Below, piece after piece: positions 14,478 to 27,950 of a stretch of 64,000 bases of DNA. Position 1 is the stretch's first letter. The number at the start of each line of letters is the position of its first letter. Below the pieces are notes generated by a model. That model had not been told where the DNA came from. It worked only from the letters and a program-made list of their open reading frames with translations, and did no database searches. Position numbers and translations under genes: made by a program. The stretch is from Rhynchobatus australiae (taxonomy: Eukaryota), in NCBI GenBank assembly GCA_034780895.1, contig JAUZTB010000087.1, positions 87,203,441-87,267,440 of the forward strand, read 5' to 3'.

Positions 14478-14513
14478 TCATGCTGCTTGTTGCCACATGA
14501 CTGTCTCACTCAT
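14478..14513 (-). CDS. Candidate conserved-peptide uORF MSETVMWQQAA* (PTP4A/PRL-type, inferred)
   Basis: ATG AGT GAG ACA GTC ATG TGG CAA CAA GCA GCA TGA. First AUG after the predicted TSS, with A at -3 (caaacATG). C-terminal motif shared with the uORF at 35204-35293. Confidence 0.65.
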   Translation of the reverse strand: MSETVMWQQAA

Positions 14514-14569
14514 GTTTGTTGGTGCTTGCGAGAGCCGGAGAGAAGCCGCTGGTAGCAGCGGAGGAGGGC

Positions 14570-14665
14570 TCCAGGCAGCTCAGAACATAGACGCGGCTGC
14601 TCTTATAGAGGAAGCGCCAAACCCCGCCGGCCAATGGCTGACTCTCACAATCACATGACCAACCC
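14570..14665 (-). promoter_or_regulatory. Proximal Pol II promoter
   Basis: TATAAGA at 14607-14601 (minus), GC box GGCGGGG 14622-14628, CCAAT 14631-14635, M/E-box GTCATGTGA 14651-14659. Local CpG enrichment 14390-14780. Predicted TSS ~14577. Confidence 0.75.
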
Positions 14666-15959
14666 CAGGACAAAAGTTTTGTATCGGGGCTAGGCTGGGG
14701 TTAGGAAGAGGGCATTCATTCAAAAAAAACAGCAGCAAAACAGGCAGAAAACGCCCGGGCTGTGCCTACAGACGCTTCGAGCAGGAAATATCCCTGCCTT
14801 ACACACAAGAGGACTGGCCTTCATCCAAATAAGGGAAACGTCTGGTGCTCTTTAAACGATCCCCCACACTGGGGAGTGTATCCTGAAGTGGGCCTACAAC
14901 TTCCAGTGCAGCCATTCTCCCTTTCCCCTCCCCCACTCCACATGAAAGACAACCTGGCAGAATTATTTAATATTATTGTGACAAAGACCTGGCGTGTTAA
15001 CTAACACTGAGAAGGATATACAGTGAAACTGACCGATTATCAAAACAAATGGATCTTGTGTTTTGAAACATTTAATGTATGAATGGTAGAACCCTCCTGC
15101 AACTGTTCCCCGATTGAGACCACAAATAAAAATGTACACCTTAATTTTATAGTTACCCCATAATAAAAAAGTTAGTCAAGTTTGTAAATATATAGTCACT
15201 GACAATTTTTAACAGTTGTGTTATCAGAGTCCACAATGCTTGCATTGACTAACAGATAATTTTAACCTAATTATGAATTTACTTAAAATATGGCTGATTG
15301 TCCCATGCCATCATTGTGTTACAGGCCACTAATCAACAAATCAGCAGGTATTTGAATATTTTACTGCAACACTACAAACTTTTCCACTCCTAAATACCAG
15401 AACAACACTAAGGCACCTGATCATTTCAAGCACGACAGTGATATTCAGATCCCATTAGCCTTAACTTATACCCACAGATAGATAGTTAATGAACCCACTG
15501 TTCTGTTACAAATATATTAAACCTTTGTGTTATTTAGCAGCTATATTGAAACTTACAGAGATTTTGCAAAAACACTGACTAAGAACTCAGCATATAACAT
15601 AAAAGTAAACACATTTGTGTAGATAAAGTTTCCTCAAATTAAACATTTATAAAGTACAATCAACAGACAAAATTCATTATGATGTTACTTTGCCTTCTAA
15701 ACAGAGTCCATTGATATAAGCAGGTGCTTTTTCCTACATGCTGTCCTGCTTTTACTTTATTCTCTTAGGATAGTTTTTGTCTGAGGACAGGAAGACAGGG
15801 AGTGGTGATGACTCACAGTCCTGCCTGAGTTCCAAAGGTTTTTTTGGGGGATGTGGAGTGTTGGACAGGATGAATTATTAATAATTTATTTCAAACACCA
15901 AGGACTATGATAATTAAAAAATGACACTTTACCACAAAGAGTCATCAAAGCCACTTCCA

Positions 15960-16145
15960 CGCAAAATGCTGCAGGGAAATAAACAGTCGACATTTCGGAT
16001 CGAGATTCTTCATCAGGACTGGAAAGGAAGAGGGCAGAAGCCGGAATAAGAAGGTTGGGGAAGGGGGAGGAACACATGCAGGCAGGTGATCGGTGAGAGT
16101 GGGAAGGTAGGAGGGTGAGAGGTAAGAAGCTGAGAGGAGATAGAT
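15960..16145 (+). repeat. Penelope-like element terminal fragment
   Basis: aaatgctg...aaacagtcgacatttcggatcgagattcttcatcaggactggaaaggaagagggcagaagccggaataagaagg, a common elasmobranch repeat end. Confidence 0.55.
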
Positions 16146-17099
16146 AGAAGCCATTTGCTGTTTTAATCCTAATGATGCCATGTACAAATGAAGTGATGAT
16201 CCATCATAATATCTATTTCTTTCATTAATTCTATTTTTCTTTCTTAATATGCATATAAAAACTTTTTTGTCAAACTCTCTTTTAAAAAATAATGAAACCA
16301 GAACCAGAGAAAATATCCTATGAGTTTACAAATCTGGCAGATACTGAATACAACAAACAAAATCTTTAAACACAACTGCTTATTAGTGTTAGTTCCAACT
16401 ATTCAAACAAAAGACAAATACACTATTTCTGGAATCAACATTGGTACGTACCAATCTAATTTAAATCCAGGTATCCATACGGTTTAAGCATAGCTTCCCT
16501 CATAGCTGCCTTTCCCCCCTACACTTGAGCACTGATGATCTGCTGAAGACATCACACTGCCACTGCAAACTTCAGATGGAGTTAAAAGGTTTACTATCAG
16601 AACAGGCGTAAACAAGAGGGGGCTGCTTCTGGGGGAGGGAGTAGGCAGAGCCTGAATCATGTGTGATGTGTCACTGAGGTTTTGAGGCAGATGGAGTGTT
16701 TTTCATGCAATAGAGTTTGTTTTGCTGTAGGCCAAATTAAGTAAAGATGTCAGAGTAGCATGAATCAGTCTAATTACTCCATATAGGGTTGTGCAGTATA
16801 TTACACTGCAGTTACCACGGAACTTGCTAACTAGACAGCCAGAATGGAACAAATCATGAGATTCACAATTACAACTTAAAAATATATGATCTCTATAGAA
16901 AATCAACTGTGCTAGAAAAGCCATGAATCGTTGTAGCCATTATGGTCAATATAGATTTATTTAAAATTAATTTATCATCACATCATGTGCTTGCTTACAA
17001 ACAAAAAAAATCTGTTAAATTCTTCCCCTTAAAGTGGTAAGTTAATAAGCAAATTATTCTGAAAAAGTTAAAGCAATGAAAAAATTATTTTCAATACAT

Positions 17100-17400
17100 T
17101 GGGACAGCTAGTAGAGCTGCTGCTTCGCAGACCCAGGTTCAATTCTGACCTCATGTGCTCTCTGTATGGAGTTTGCACATTCTCCCTTGTGACCATGTGG
17201 GTTTCCTCCAGGTGCTCCAGTTTCCTCCCACATCCCAAAGGCATACAGGTTTCTAGGTTAACTGGCCATTGTAAATTGACCGTAGTGTGCAAGTAAGTGG
17301 TAGAATCTGGGAAGAACTGTGGATAAGGATGTAGGAAGAATAAAATTAAGATTAATGTAGGATTAGTGAAAATGGGTGGACTGAAAAGAGTCTGTGTCTC
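17100..17400 (+). mobile_element. HE1/V-SINE-like SINE
   Basis: B-box-like ccaggttcaattc, then core ggagtttgcacattctccc...gggtttcctccaggtgctccagtttcctcccacatcccaaag. Confidence 0.85.
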
Positions 17401-19254
17401 TCTGTGATTTCATGGTAGCTTGAGCGTACCCCTCTCTTGATTACAGGTGGATAGTTAGGATCAAAGCTGTCTTTAGAGATAGTGAATATCAACAAGCCAT
17501 AGGGTACAAAGGGACCAGTCTTGGCCTCTTAATTTCTTTACATTTCCATACATATCCAATTTTGCAGAGAAGGCTGGATAGCAAATAAAACAGGAGCCCC
17601 AGGAAATTACCATTTTCTTATCCAACATGTCTAGCAGGAGTTAATATTTAAACTCCAACTCAATTCAGTTGACTTGTAACAGGTTGGGGATTGAACCTGG
17701 ATATTTCGATAACTTAGCACACCTTTGACCACCAACAGAATCAATCTCACATTAAAGATCACCAGTAGCCTATGTCCAGAGAACCCTTATGAGGAGAAAA
17801 ATGTAAACTGATAAATTATGAAATTAAAAACTCTTCACTGTTATTTATTTCTTGCAATGCCTTACATAATTTCCTAAGCTCACACATAGATTTAGCTGTT
17901 CAGGCAAGATGGCCTAAAAATTTCAATAAGCCATTTTGGTGAGACTTAAGAACATTTTATCTTTTTTTTAAGAAGAATCAGAAGACACTGCTTGTGGAAT
18001 TAAAATAGAAGAAATTTCCTCTTTGGTATAATATGTTAATTTGCATATTTGGTATCTTAACCTCAGAAATGTTCTTCCTTCATCAATGAATGCATGTAGG
18101 CTTCTGCAACACAGCTGTTTGTAGCAAGGCAAATTAAGGTGGTTTAATTACATATAGGGATGAATCCTTGTCACACATAATCACGTGTTTTGCAATAGTT
18201 TACTATAGTTCCAATATTTGATCTCCTACCCCTGTCCTCTGCAGAATACATCATCATATTATGTGCTTTCAATTTAGCTGTTTATAAAGTTTTATCAGCA
18301 CCTATGAGTACCCAAGATGGGTCATTTAAGAGAGTTCCATTTATCATAATTATAAACAAGACAGACTATCTTGATTGCTAATTGGGCTGTGAAATGTTCC
18401 AAAAATACTTACAGCACTGTTGTACACCATTAAAAAAGCCACCTTTCATGATTGATACCAAACATTATTGACAGGTTTTTCACCTGTGGATGAAAGTTGG
18501 GGCTGGTTTCAAATTAGAGGGGCAGGTTTGGTTCAGCATAATAAAAGATGATCCTATGTTGATATACACCAGCTGTGATCAGAAATGGGACTATAGATGA
18601 CTCCTCTGAATTAGTATAGAGACTTGTGTCAATATCCAAGTGAAATCACCAAACTTAACCCAAATCTCCAATTAAACTCACCATCTTTCAGGGCTGAATG
18701 GCTCTGAACCAAGTCAATGAGCACAGAGTTATGTATTGAGCTAATTCAACTCTGCTGATGCCAATTCCATTGATTCCAAGGTACTCATAAAAGAAACATT
18801 AGGCAGTGTTTTTGTGAAATTAAAACTCCCTTGGGTATTCATTGTTGCTGACCACTTAGGTACCAGAACAACTAAACTTATGCTTTGGTTCAATTGCCAG
18901 AGGCAACATAGTTAACATGAAACCTGACAGCTGATTACATAGATATGACAGGCATGATTTTAAAAATGGCAGGATTAAGCCCAGCAAATGAGAAGGTCTT
19001 TTGGAGATTGCAGATGTTCCCATTTAGCTATCCACATTTTATCACACAAGAGTATTTGGTTGAATTTGAATGGATATCTAGATGTATATACATACCCAGC
19101 AAGAGTGGGGTGAAGACAAAAAAAAATGTACTTGCCCAAACTGGCCAGTTGAATTTGACCTTTTTTACTTAGTCATCACAAAGTGATATTAATAGCACTG
19201 TGGAGACATCTGGAACTCCAGGCAGATGCGATGAAAGATTATTGAACTTAATTT

Positions 19255-19312
19255 CTGTTTCTCCCTTTACAGATGCTGACTGGCTGGCTGAGTATTTCCA
19301 ACATTTCCATTC
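19255..19312 (-). repeat. Penelope-like short repeat
   Basis: tctgtttctccctttacagatgctgactggctggctgagtatttccaacattt, reverse complement of the 2762 and 57841 copies. Confidence 0.55.
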
Positions 19313-22300
19313 TTATTAAGGACATAGTCAATCTTGCTACTGCATTAAACAGCTACCATAACCAACATAACATTACATCTCAAAGGCCTCGGTGAGCTTA
19401 GAGCAAGAAGCTTCCAAGGAAAAGTAGGCAAAAAGATATATTGGGCCAATAATCAAGTGACAAGCTAACATTATGCCAGCACCTTTCCTGAATATTTGGT
19501 TTAATTTAAAAATGAACAAAAAAAAGTACAGAGCAGGAACTGACCTGAAGTATCAAATGAAGAGAAATCAAACTATATTTTAAAAGATTGTGTTATAACA
19601 TAACTGTTCCTGATGAATTCATATTGGAAATGTTGTCCAAGTCTTTAAAAAGCTCCCAGTTTCTCTTTGGAAGATTTTTTGAAATGTAAAGTGGCTAGGA
19701 GCCATAAGCATCGAAAAAGAAATGTTAGGGAAAGCTTATACAGCAGAACGTACATCTCCAATTATTAAAATTGTTTAGACTTTATATTTTTTTTGAAACT
19801 GAGCTAAAGCTTTGTAAATTTTGCATTTGATACAATCAGATATAAAATTATAAAATTTCATTAATCCCCATTTTGTGGTCTTGTGTGCGTACGACTTCCT
19901 TTTCAGCTAAATTTGGTCCAACACATGATTAATCAGTAGTCTAAATTGATCTGAAAGTTCCATAAAATGGATATGATCCACTTGAGAATGAACTGAAGTT
20001 CTGACCACGTCTCACTGAACTGCTGATGAACTCCTTGAAGCTTATCACATGACTTCTTTAAGAAAAAGAGACAGTTTACCAAAAGTCTAAAATAGAATCC
20101 TTATGACAACTCCTGATCTGGCTTAATTGAGGGATATCCTGTCAGCGCATAGCATGAAATCTTATATGTTGTCCAGTGGTCACCTGATGACATCACTCAG
20201 TCCAAATGCTCACATGCAGGTTATGGGCCATCTGTTATGATTCGAAATCTCACAATAAGAATGAAACTGCAGAAGTAACAAATTCTCAAGTCCCTACTAC
20301 TAGGTTTTTTTAGTCAATACCATAGATTTTGGGCAATTGTCCAGGACCAGGTCACAGTATTTCCTCTAGGCTAAATAAGGTCATATCTACAGAGTGGGGA
20401 ATGTGCCACACCTTACCAGGACCCACATGGGTCCAACGCTAGTACTACCCAATGTTCATTGTTCCACAGACTTTAAACTTAGAAGCTTAATAGAGGAGAT
20501 AAAATACATTTCTGTTATTTATAGATGACATATCTTTAGTGAAAAACATTGCTACCACTTAAATTGTTTTTTTTTAACAGCAAGATTGAATGTGCTCTGA
20601 TTAAGAGCAGCTATTTTTAAAGATACCAAAAATAGCAGAAATAGTCACAATTCAAAATATTTACAAAGTGAAAATACCATTTTTTTTAACAGAACTTGAA
20701 TGACCCCAAATAAGTGATGGTAGTTTAGTGGAAGGGGGCCTTCCATTATATGGAAAATTTAAATAGAAATGTTATTCTGTCAAACAAGGAGTTTGCCTCC
20801 AAGAATACAGGCAAGCAGTATCTACAGTCCACATTAATGGATAGGCAGTCATGGAAAACCTGACTGACAACACATTCAGACATTACTCAAGACTTTTGGA
20901 TGTTTTAAGCTTCTGCGTTTAATACATTACTAACATTCTCTTCCGCTTTAGACAGCAAAATACAACATTGCTTGTTTTTGGTGTTGGGGGGGGGACTTTC
21001 TAAAAAAAAATTCCCTTGAGGCTGGGTTACCAATTTACTCAGACCAGTTTCAATTTCAATTAAAATATTTGTCAGATTGTGTGCATTTTCAGAGCAAGAC
21101 AGTTTCTGACATATCTTGTGATTGTGCAATGCTAGAAATGCTGTCTGAAAAAATGATGCTCACTGACTTTGGAAACAACTTAGTCAGATACTTTAACAGA
21201 GTAAGATAATCAACACATTTCATGGGTGTTTCTTTTCCTACAGAATTGTCCAGAAGGAGACAGGGGAACATAACTGAACCCTGGAAATTTAAGAAAAAGA
21301 AATAGCTTTGAATGTTTGGCTGCAGTCTTTCATCGGAAAATGGGAGCATGTTCTGATAATAGGTCAAACCCAAGCTAAAATATTGAACCATCTTTCACTT
21401 TCCAATGCAGATCAACATATTGCAGATCATGATTTCAACCTGGTGATCTGTAACCCAGAGCTTCACCTGAAGCTGCCCCATGGAACCTTTCGTAACAATA
21501 GCCTTCTTGTATCTTTTACACATTTTTAATTGCACAAATATTTGAGATGATTTCAACTGGGACTGATCAGCTTCTGGAATTCTGTCTTTTATTCTGGTTC
21601 TTGCTCCATGTTATTAAAGAGAGGTTTAACTCAGAATTCTCTGCACTTTTTTTTGGGGGGGGGTGGGGCATTCTCCCTGTTTGACCTCTGCAACTAATTG
21701 CTGACATATTTCCTGCCAAAGGGGAGATCTGAACAGCTCAGTTAGAATCACAAAAACCTGCAACACAGAAAGAGGCCATCAAGAGACTACCAAGCAAGTC
21801 CCACACCTCGGCATTTCCCCCGTACCCTGTGCTGGTTCTCTGCAACGACATGCTTAATGGCCTATTAAAACTTCCAATGGAATCCAATTTCACATTCTCG
21901 ATTCTTCCATTTGCTGGCAGCACTGCCAATCACATCTCACAAGTTATGAGATTCAGTTAGCACAAGATGACGAGTGCCAGCCATTATATTCCCAGTGACA
22001 AAATACCTCAACTTCAGTTCATACTTAAAATACATTCACACGTGAAACAGGTGGGAAGTGAATTGATAAAGCAGACAGTCTTGAGAGATGAGCAGCTGTT
22101 GGTGGGAGGTAAGGTACTGATTCTTGCAAGGCATAGCTTGTGTAATTTCTAAGTCATTTTGTTTTAAATACAAGGCCATTCAGGGATTTTGTATGCCCCT
22201 AGTCAACTTTACTTCTGTATATTTTTCAGGAAGAATCACAGCATTAAATTGCTCTAACCTTTTCAAGTTAAATAAAAATAATATTGCCTAGATAGAATTG

Positions 22301-25300
22301 GGCAAAGACACAGAATTTAAACTGCAGACTTCCTAGTTACAAAGCAAGTCGTGGGCTGTGTCTTTAAAAGGTGTCATGGGAAAGGCAGCTGCAAAAGTAC
22401 AATCTCCACCCACTGTCGCTCACCACACCAGCCCACGCAATGCAGCACACCCTGCATCCTGCAGGACACAACCCCTCTATTAGGTGATGGAAACTCAGGA
22501 TACAAGACCACAGTAGACCCCGAGAAGCCCCTGGCTAACTGAACACGCAACTATTCATTGACCCCTGCCTAGTTAGTCTCACTTCCCCCTGCGTATCCTG
22601 TGAGTGGGCTGGCAATATTTCTCAATGCTTTCCATACCACCACCAGAATGCAGCAGCCACCCTTATCCTGGAAATTACAAGTCTGATCTTTTAAACATTC
22701 CATTCTACTGCAATACCGACAGAACTTCCTGCTAATACACTCCCTTTTATGACAGGCCTTTCACTTCCAGCCACCAATTTCAGCTGTTAAACAACTCAGA
22801 ATAGGTCAATGTGATCACAATTTTAACTCTTGAGATGCCAATTATATGAAGAAGACCTGAAAAATTCTGAATGGCAAAACATATCAGTTTTCAGCAATAA
22901 CATGGATACTTTCGTTTTTTTTTTGTTGTTGGTATTAATCAAACTAGGAAAAGGATTATCTAAAAAAAAGAAAAGCAGTGGTAAAGCTCCACCCTGTCTT
23001 TCCAGATAAGGAGGACGAGATTTCTGATCTTTGTGACTCCAGTTGAAAAATGTTTGTGTGAGAGAGAGGTGCGTGTGCAACAGTGCACGTGTATTCATGA
23101 TTGTGTGTGTGAGAGAGAGACAGAGAGAGACAAGAGTGTGAAGGCTCCATTTCTCAGCTTTATTATGCATATTCAACATCTTGGATAACATATTTCCTGG
23201 TTTTAAAATGGCTAGTTCAGAGCTTTAACCAGTCAAATAGTTCTCATAGCATTTCTAGAACATGGAAGAGTCCCTCATGCCTGTGTTACAGTGCCCAGAA
23301 CTCTACATTGTACCCCTGGTGAGGTATGTTGAGGACACCATGCAGTTTCACTTAATACCTGGGGCTCTATATTATTCACTGAGTCCTCATTTGCTTTGAG
23401 ATTTTTTCAGGTGTAACATTCAGAAATCTACCTGTCATTGATGAATACTCAAAACACATTGATCTTTAATATCATGAGGAGAAATATGATATCTGGGATG
23501 CCATATCCTCATTATCATTTTGATATTGTTTTTGATATTGCGGAGTTAATAACTGGTAGTTTGCTTTCATTCTTTTTTTCTAAATCATCACAATCTCACG
23601 TTGGTTTTTCAAGAGATATAGCCAACGCAACTAGACAGACAGCTGAGAGCAGTGAAGCTTAAAAGACACAGTGAGAATACCATTCCAATATTGCCAAATC
23701 AATTGCAGCACCAAAGATATCATTATGCTATTTTTTTGCCATCAAGTTTTGTGTCAATAAGTCCTTTAATAAATCTTTCACTACTTTACTGTACAAAGCA
23801 CAATGAATTAATTATAGATCCAGGTCACTTCTGTTAAGCAATGGACTTGGGAGTGGAAGGTGTACAGTGAGGAAGCTTCTCTCTGATAGACTGCTTGGTA
23901 CATTCCATGAAATGACTATTGCGTCATGAATGTGGTTCTTACCCAATTCCTTCCTCTGCTATTTCAGTGGGTATTTAAAGTATGTTTAGCATCTCTCTGA
24001 AAGTAACAGAGCAGGCAGTGTCATGTACGATCACTATAACATTAGCAGCAGTTATTTTGGCCCAATAGCGAGTTTAGTAGGAATCATATTTCATTAATGC
24101 CAAAGGGATAATGATTTCTGTATGGCAGAGGGTTCATTTGGATGCAAGCTCATCTGAATCTGCCAGCTGGTTAATTTCTGATTGTTCCAAGTTTCTTTCC
24201 ATGTGAAATGTCTCAGTCTGAGAACCATATTCGGGTCTTTTGCTCCATATAAAATGACATCTGGTAGTCCAAGTGCCCGTCTATCCAAATACCACCACCA
24301 GGAGTTTAAGCAGTTGATATTAATTAAGAAATTAATGTTGAAAAAAAAGCTCCAAAAATTCCGATTGGAAAGTAATAATGCTCGTCTCCTCATGAGGTTA
24401 AGTTTGTAGGAGGATTTGGACGGTCTCTCTGACACCACCGGAACTGAAAGGAATAGAGCAGGCTGAATAGAGAACACTGTATATTCTCACTGAATGCAGT
24501 AGGAGAATGAGCAATGCCTTAAATGCGAGTATCATAATCTGTGACTTTCCTTGAACTGTAGGGTCCTCTTGAATACTTGTTTTTTTTTAAATGATTTAAA
24601 TTTACAGATGAACAGATGTCATTGTTCCTAAATTTATCCGAGTTACCCTCTGCTCCATATGTCAAGACACAATTTGGATCAATAATAAGGCTTAGAAATT
24701 ATGAAGTTAAAGCACTTCATTTTTTCAGACCAGTGCATTAGAAAGTTGACCTCTTCTGGAGTGGAACAAAGCTCGAATCACACACACCAGAAATATGACC
24801 CGGCACTTCCCTTCAAGATTCACTCTTGCTCATCTGACACCACTTTCACATTGGATATTACTCCAATGACATCAATCTCCATGTAACATTGATTTTGGAA
24901 TTCATATTGACCTGACTGTTATCAGCCAGTCCTGGTTAATTGGGCATTTCTTGTTCATTCATGTTTTCATAGTGCTATTCCAGTCTGAGGCTCCATATTT
25001 GGGAAAGTCCAAGTGGTATCTCTTCCTTCAGGTTCTCCCATGAAGATCCAACCCCTCCAACCACTGATTTCACCTCCTGACCCCTCCCCTCGCACCTCAC
25101 GATTGCCCTCAGCCTTTACCTCCCTGAACCCCAGGTCTAGGATCTCTATCCCTTATCCCTTGACTATTTCAGGACCCTCCAGTCAGTTCTGATGTACATC
25201 TGCCATGCCTGCATGGCACAATCATCCCCATCCCCAGGATTCATTCAGCTCCTCACACTCTGCCCATCTTGACTTCTGAACCTCAAGTCTGGTCCCAGAT

Positions 25301-26489
25301 GGTCCCATATTTCCTTTTACTCGCTGGGACTAAGGCAGGCCCATAATCAGATGAGTCATTGGTATCCTGCAAAATTACCCTACAGCCCAGCCTTTAGGGT
25401 GCACCACAAGTTCCTGACCAGTAAAATGTAAAATAGTCTGTCAAAATCACTTAATTGTGTATATATTTAGTGGATTAAATAATTAGATAAAAGGTGGAGT
25501 GAATGAATCCTGATTCTATAGGTCATGACATGTAGAGGAATATCATTAGGTTTAACTATGTGCTCTCACACATATGCTTCAGAGTCTTATTAAAAATTAC
25601 CAAATAAATTCCACAAACCTGTCTGGCAAGTTAAACATTACCACAGGCAGAGAAGAATTAAATGAGTGGAATTCCTAAACCTACAAACACAAGCTAAAGA
25701 ATAACTAAAAGGTCTTGGACAAAGGGAGCCCAGTCCTTTGTTTTTAGTCAATGGCTTGTGGAGATTCAACTGCTCTGGTGATGTCTATATTAGAGAGCCT
25801 TGTCCATACACAGTAATCAGTGTCAAGGCTGCCAATCTCCGGACTACCCAGGAAAAAGACCAATGAGCCTTTGTGTCTGAGCACACCAGTTCTTTCAGTG
25901 TGCCCAGTGTCCAGGTTATTACATCCTCATTGTCTACTGAATAATCCAATGAATCCTAAGAGGCACCCCGGCAGACCAATTGCTCCTCCTGGGGCTCAAA
26001 ATCAAATGTGGTACTCTCTCAGTGATCAAGATATCAGTCATTGACAGTTTAACCACTACTAGGTAAAACACCTGATTCCCCAAGAAGTATTTCATTCTTT
26101 CTATGGTCCTTTAAGAACTACGCTGGCATTTTACTTGCTATCTGGCAACTAATCCAGATTGGTTAATACCCTGAATGTCCTCGACTGACCGACTGATCTT
26201 GCATTTTGTTTATCAGATTGTTGCTTGCTGTACAGTCACTATGTTCAGTACAAGAGCACAAATGATTTGAAAAGACAGAATTAGCCTGGGTTCTGCAATA
26301 TGAACAGCAGAGGCTAAATTTGGTAGCCCCCAAAAATAGGTCCAGAGATTGCAATGTGTAATTAACCCATGCCTGTCAATCACACTCAGTCAATACACCA
26401 ACTTTTTTTTTTCTGTTCATCATGAGTACTGTGTGTATAGTGAAGACCTGGGAGATAGTGAAGGATGGATTAATATGGGAGAGTGTGGA

Positions 26490-27950
26490 ATCTGTTTTTT
26501 GAGGCTGCATTGAAGATCATGGTGGTGGAGGTAGAAAGTTACAGAGATATCCTGTGTACACAGCGGCCAAGAGAGGCATTCAGAGCCGATATAAAGGAGG
26601 TCATGCCAGACTGAAAGCCCGGGGACCTGGACGTGCAGCTGCAGAAAGTTCGACAACTTTACCTGAGTAGATAAGGTCAAATGCCATAACCAACTTATCT
26701 GCTGCAGCATTTCCTGCTCAAGGCATTGCATGTATCAGTCAACAACAAATTCATACACTGCATTCACTTGCATCTCTTCTTCACTACGCACTACTACAAC
26801 CTTTGCGCTGAATGCCTTTCATATACTACTAGGTATTCAACCACAAGCAGGCATGATACCCAAACACAAATATACTGACGCACTTCCTTCACTCTTGCAT
26901 AACCAGAAACAGCAGAGGATTCCCTTGTAGTTCAATCACAATAGGGTTGTTACCAGACTTTACTGAAACCCTGTTAAAGAAATCCATACCAAGTTGCCAT
27001 AGGGCTTTGAGAAGAGCTTGGAGCTCATTTATCCATCGAGATACTGCTTGACAACATCAGTGGCACAACCATGGATCCAACTGTGACATGGCACCTCACG
27101 ACTTCCACTGCAGCAAGTGGGTGCTGCCCAAGGGCTGCGTNNNNNNNNNNGCGTGCTGCCATGAACGCCTAGCCTGCTGATGAGCGAGGTCCTCTTGCAG
27201 CTTCACAAGCTAAACTCAGTCTGCTGGCATCACTTGCTGTGAACTTCAGAGCACGAACCGATTTTGAGACGCTGGAGCAGTTGGGCAACTTGTCCCAAAC
27301 AGGTTGTTGCTGAGCTGCCTCCTACGGCAGTGGCAGTAACTTAGTAGTGGTTGGAGATGCTGTCTGCTCTCAGGAATCCATCATCTGGCCCCTGTCACAT
27401 GCTCTCTGTGGACAGCTGCCGCCAAGCTGAGATGGTGCTGCACGCTGCCGGTCCTGGTGCCAGACCATCAGCAACTACCTCCACGAGGTGGGCAGCACCG
27501 AGCAGGACAGCAATAGCGAAAGGCACACAGACTCCAGGTGCAGAAACTGACTTTGCCATGCGTTGAAAACATTGTCCAGAGTCTTTAATGTTATAATGGC
27601 TTTTATTTTTGCATTGTGGCCAAGTAAATGCTGTGCTGATCAGATTTATTAGATGGACAGAGTATGAGACAGCTGGTGTTTGGGGAACTGAGTCACACGT
27701 TTAGATTGGTCCTTTGTGCAGCAAGGCAGAAGCTTTGGTTTGCCTTCCCTCTTCCGCTCTTGTTCTTCCTCCATCGTCTCCTCCTCATTGCCTGAGCTGG
27801 TTGCTATGGAGCTGCTGCAAGGGTTTCTCCTCAGGGTGGCAAGGTTGTGCAGCACGCAGCAACCAACTGTAATCATATCACCCACTTTGTCAACTGCTGC
27901 AAGGATCCTCCAGAGTGGTTAATTCTGGATGTAACCAGCCACCGGCCTGC
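26490..27950. mobile_element. Decayed PIF/Harbinger DNA transposon: Myb/SANT-like gene (+) and transposase C-terminus (-)
   Basis: Plus strand 26495-26670 reads FEAALKIMVVEVESYRDIL...TWTCSCRKFDNFT (Myb/SANT-like). Minus ORF 27649-27885 reads ITVGCCVLHNLA...EEETMEEEQE (HARBI1-like ACCxLHN motif plus acidic tail). Confidence 0.7.

Noticed and set aside
22823-24477. 120+ aa minus-strand ORFs (22823-23191, 24094-24477)
   Set aside because: Low-complexity or random composition with no recognisable domain or exon structure.
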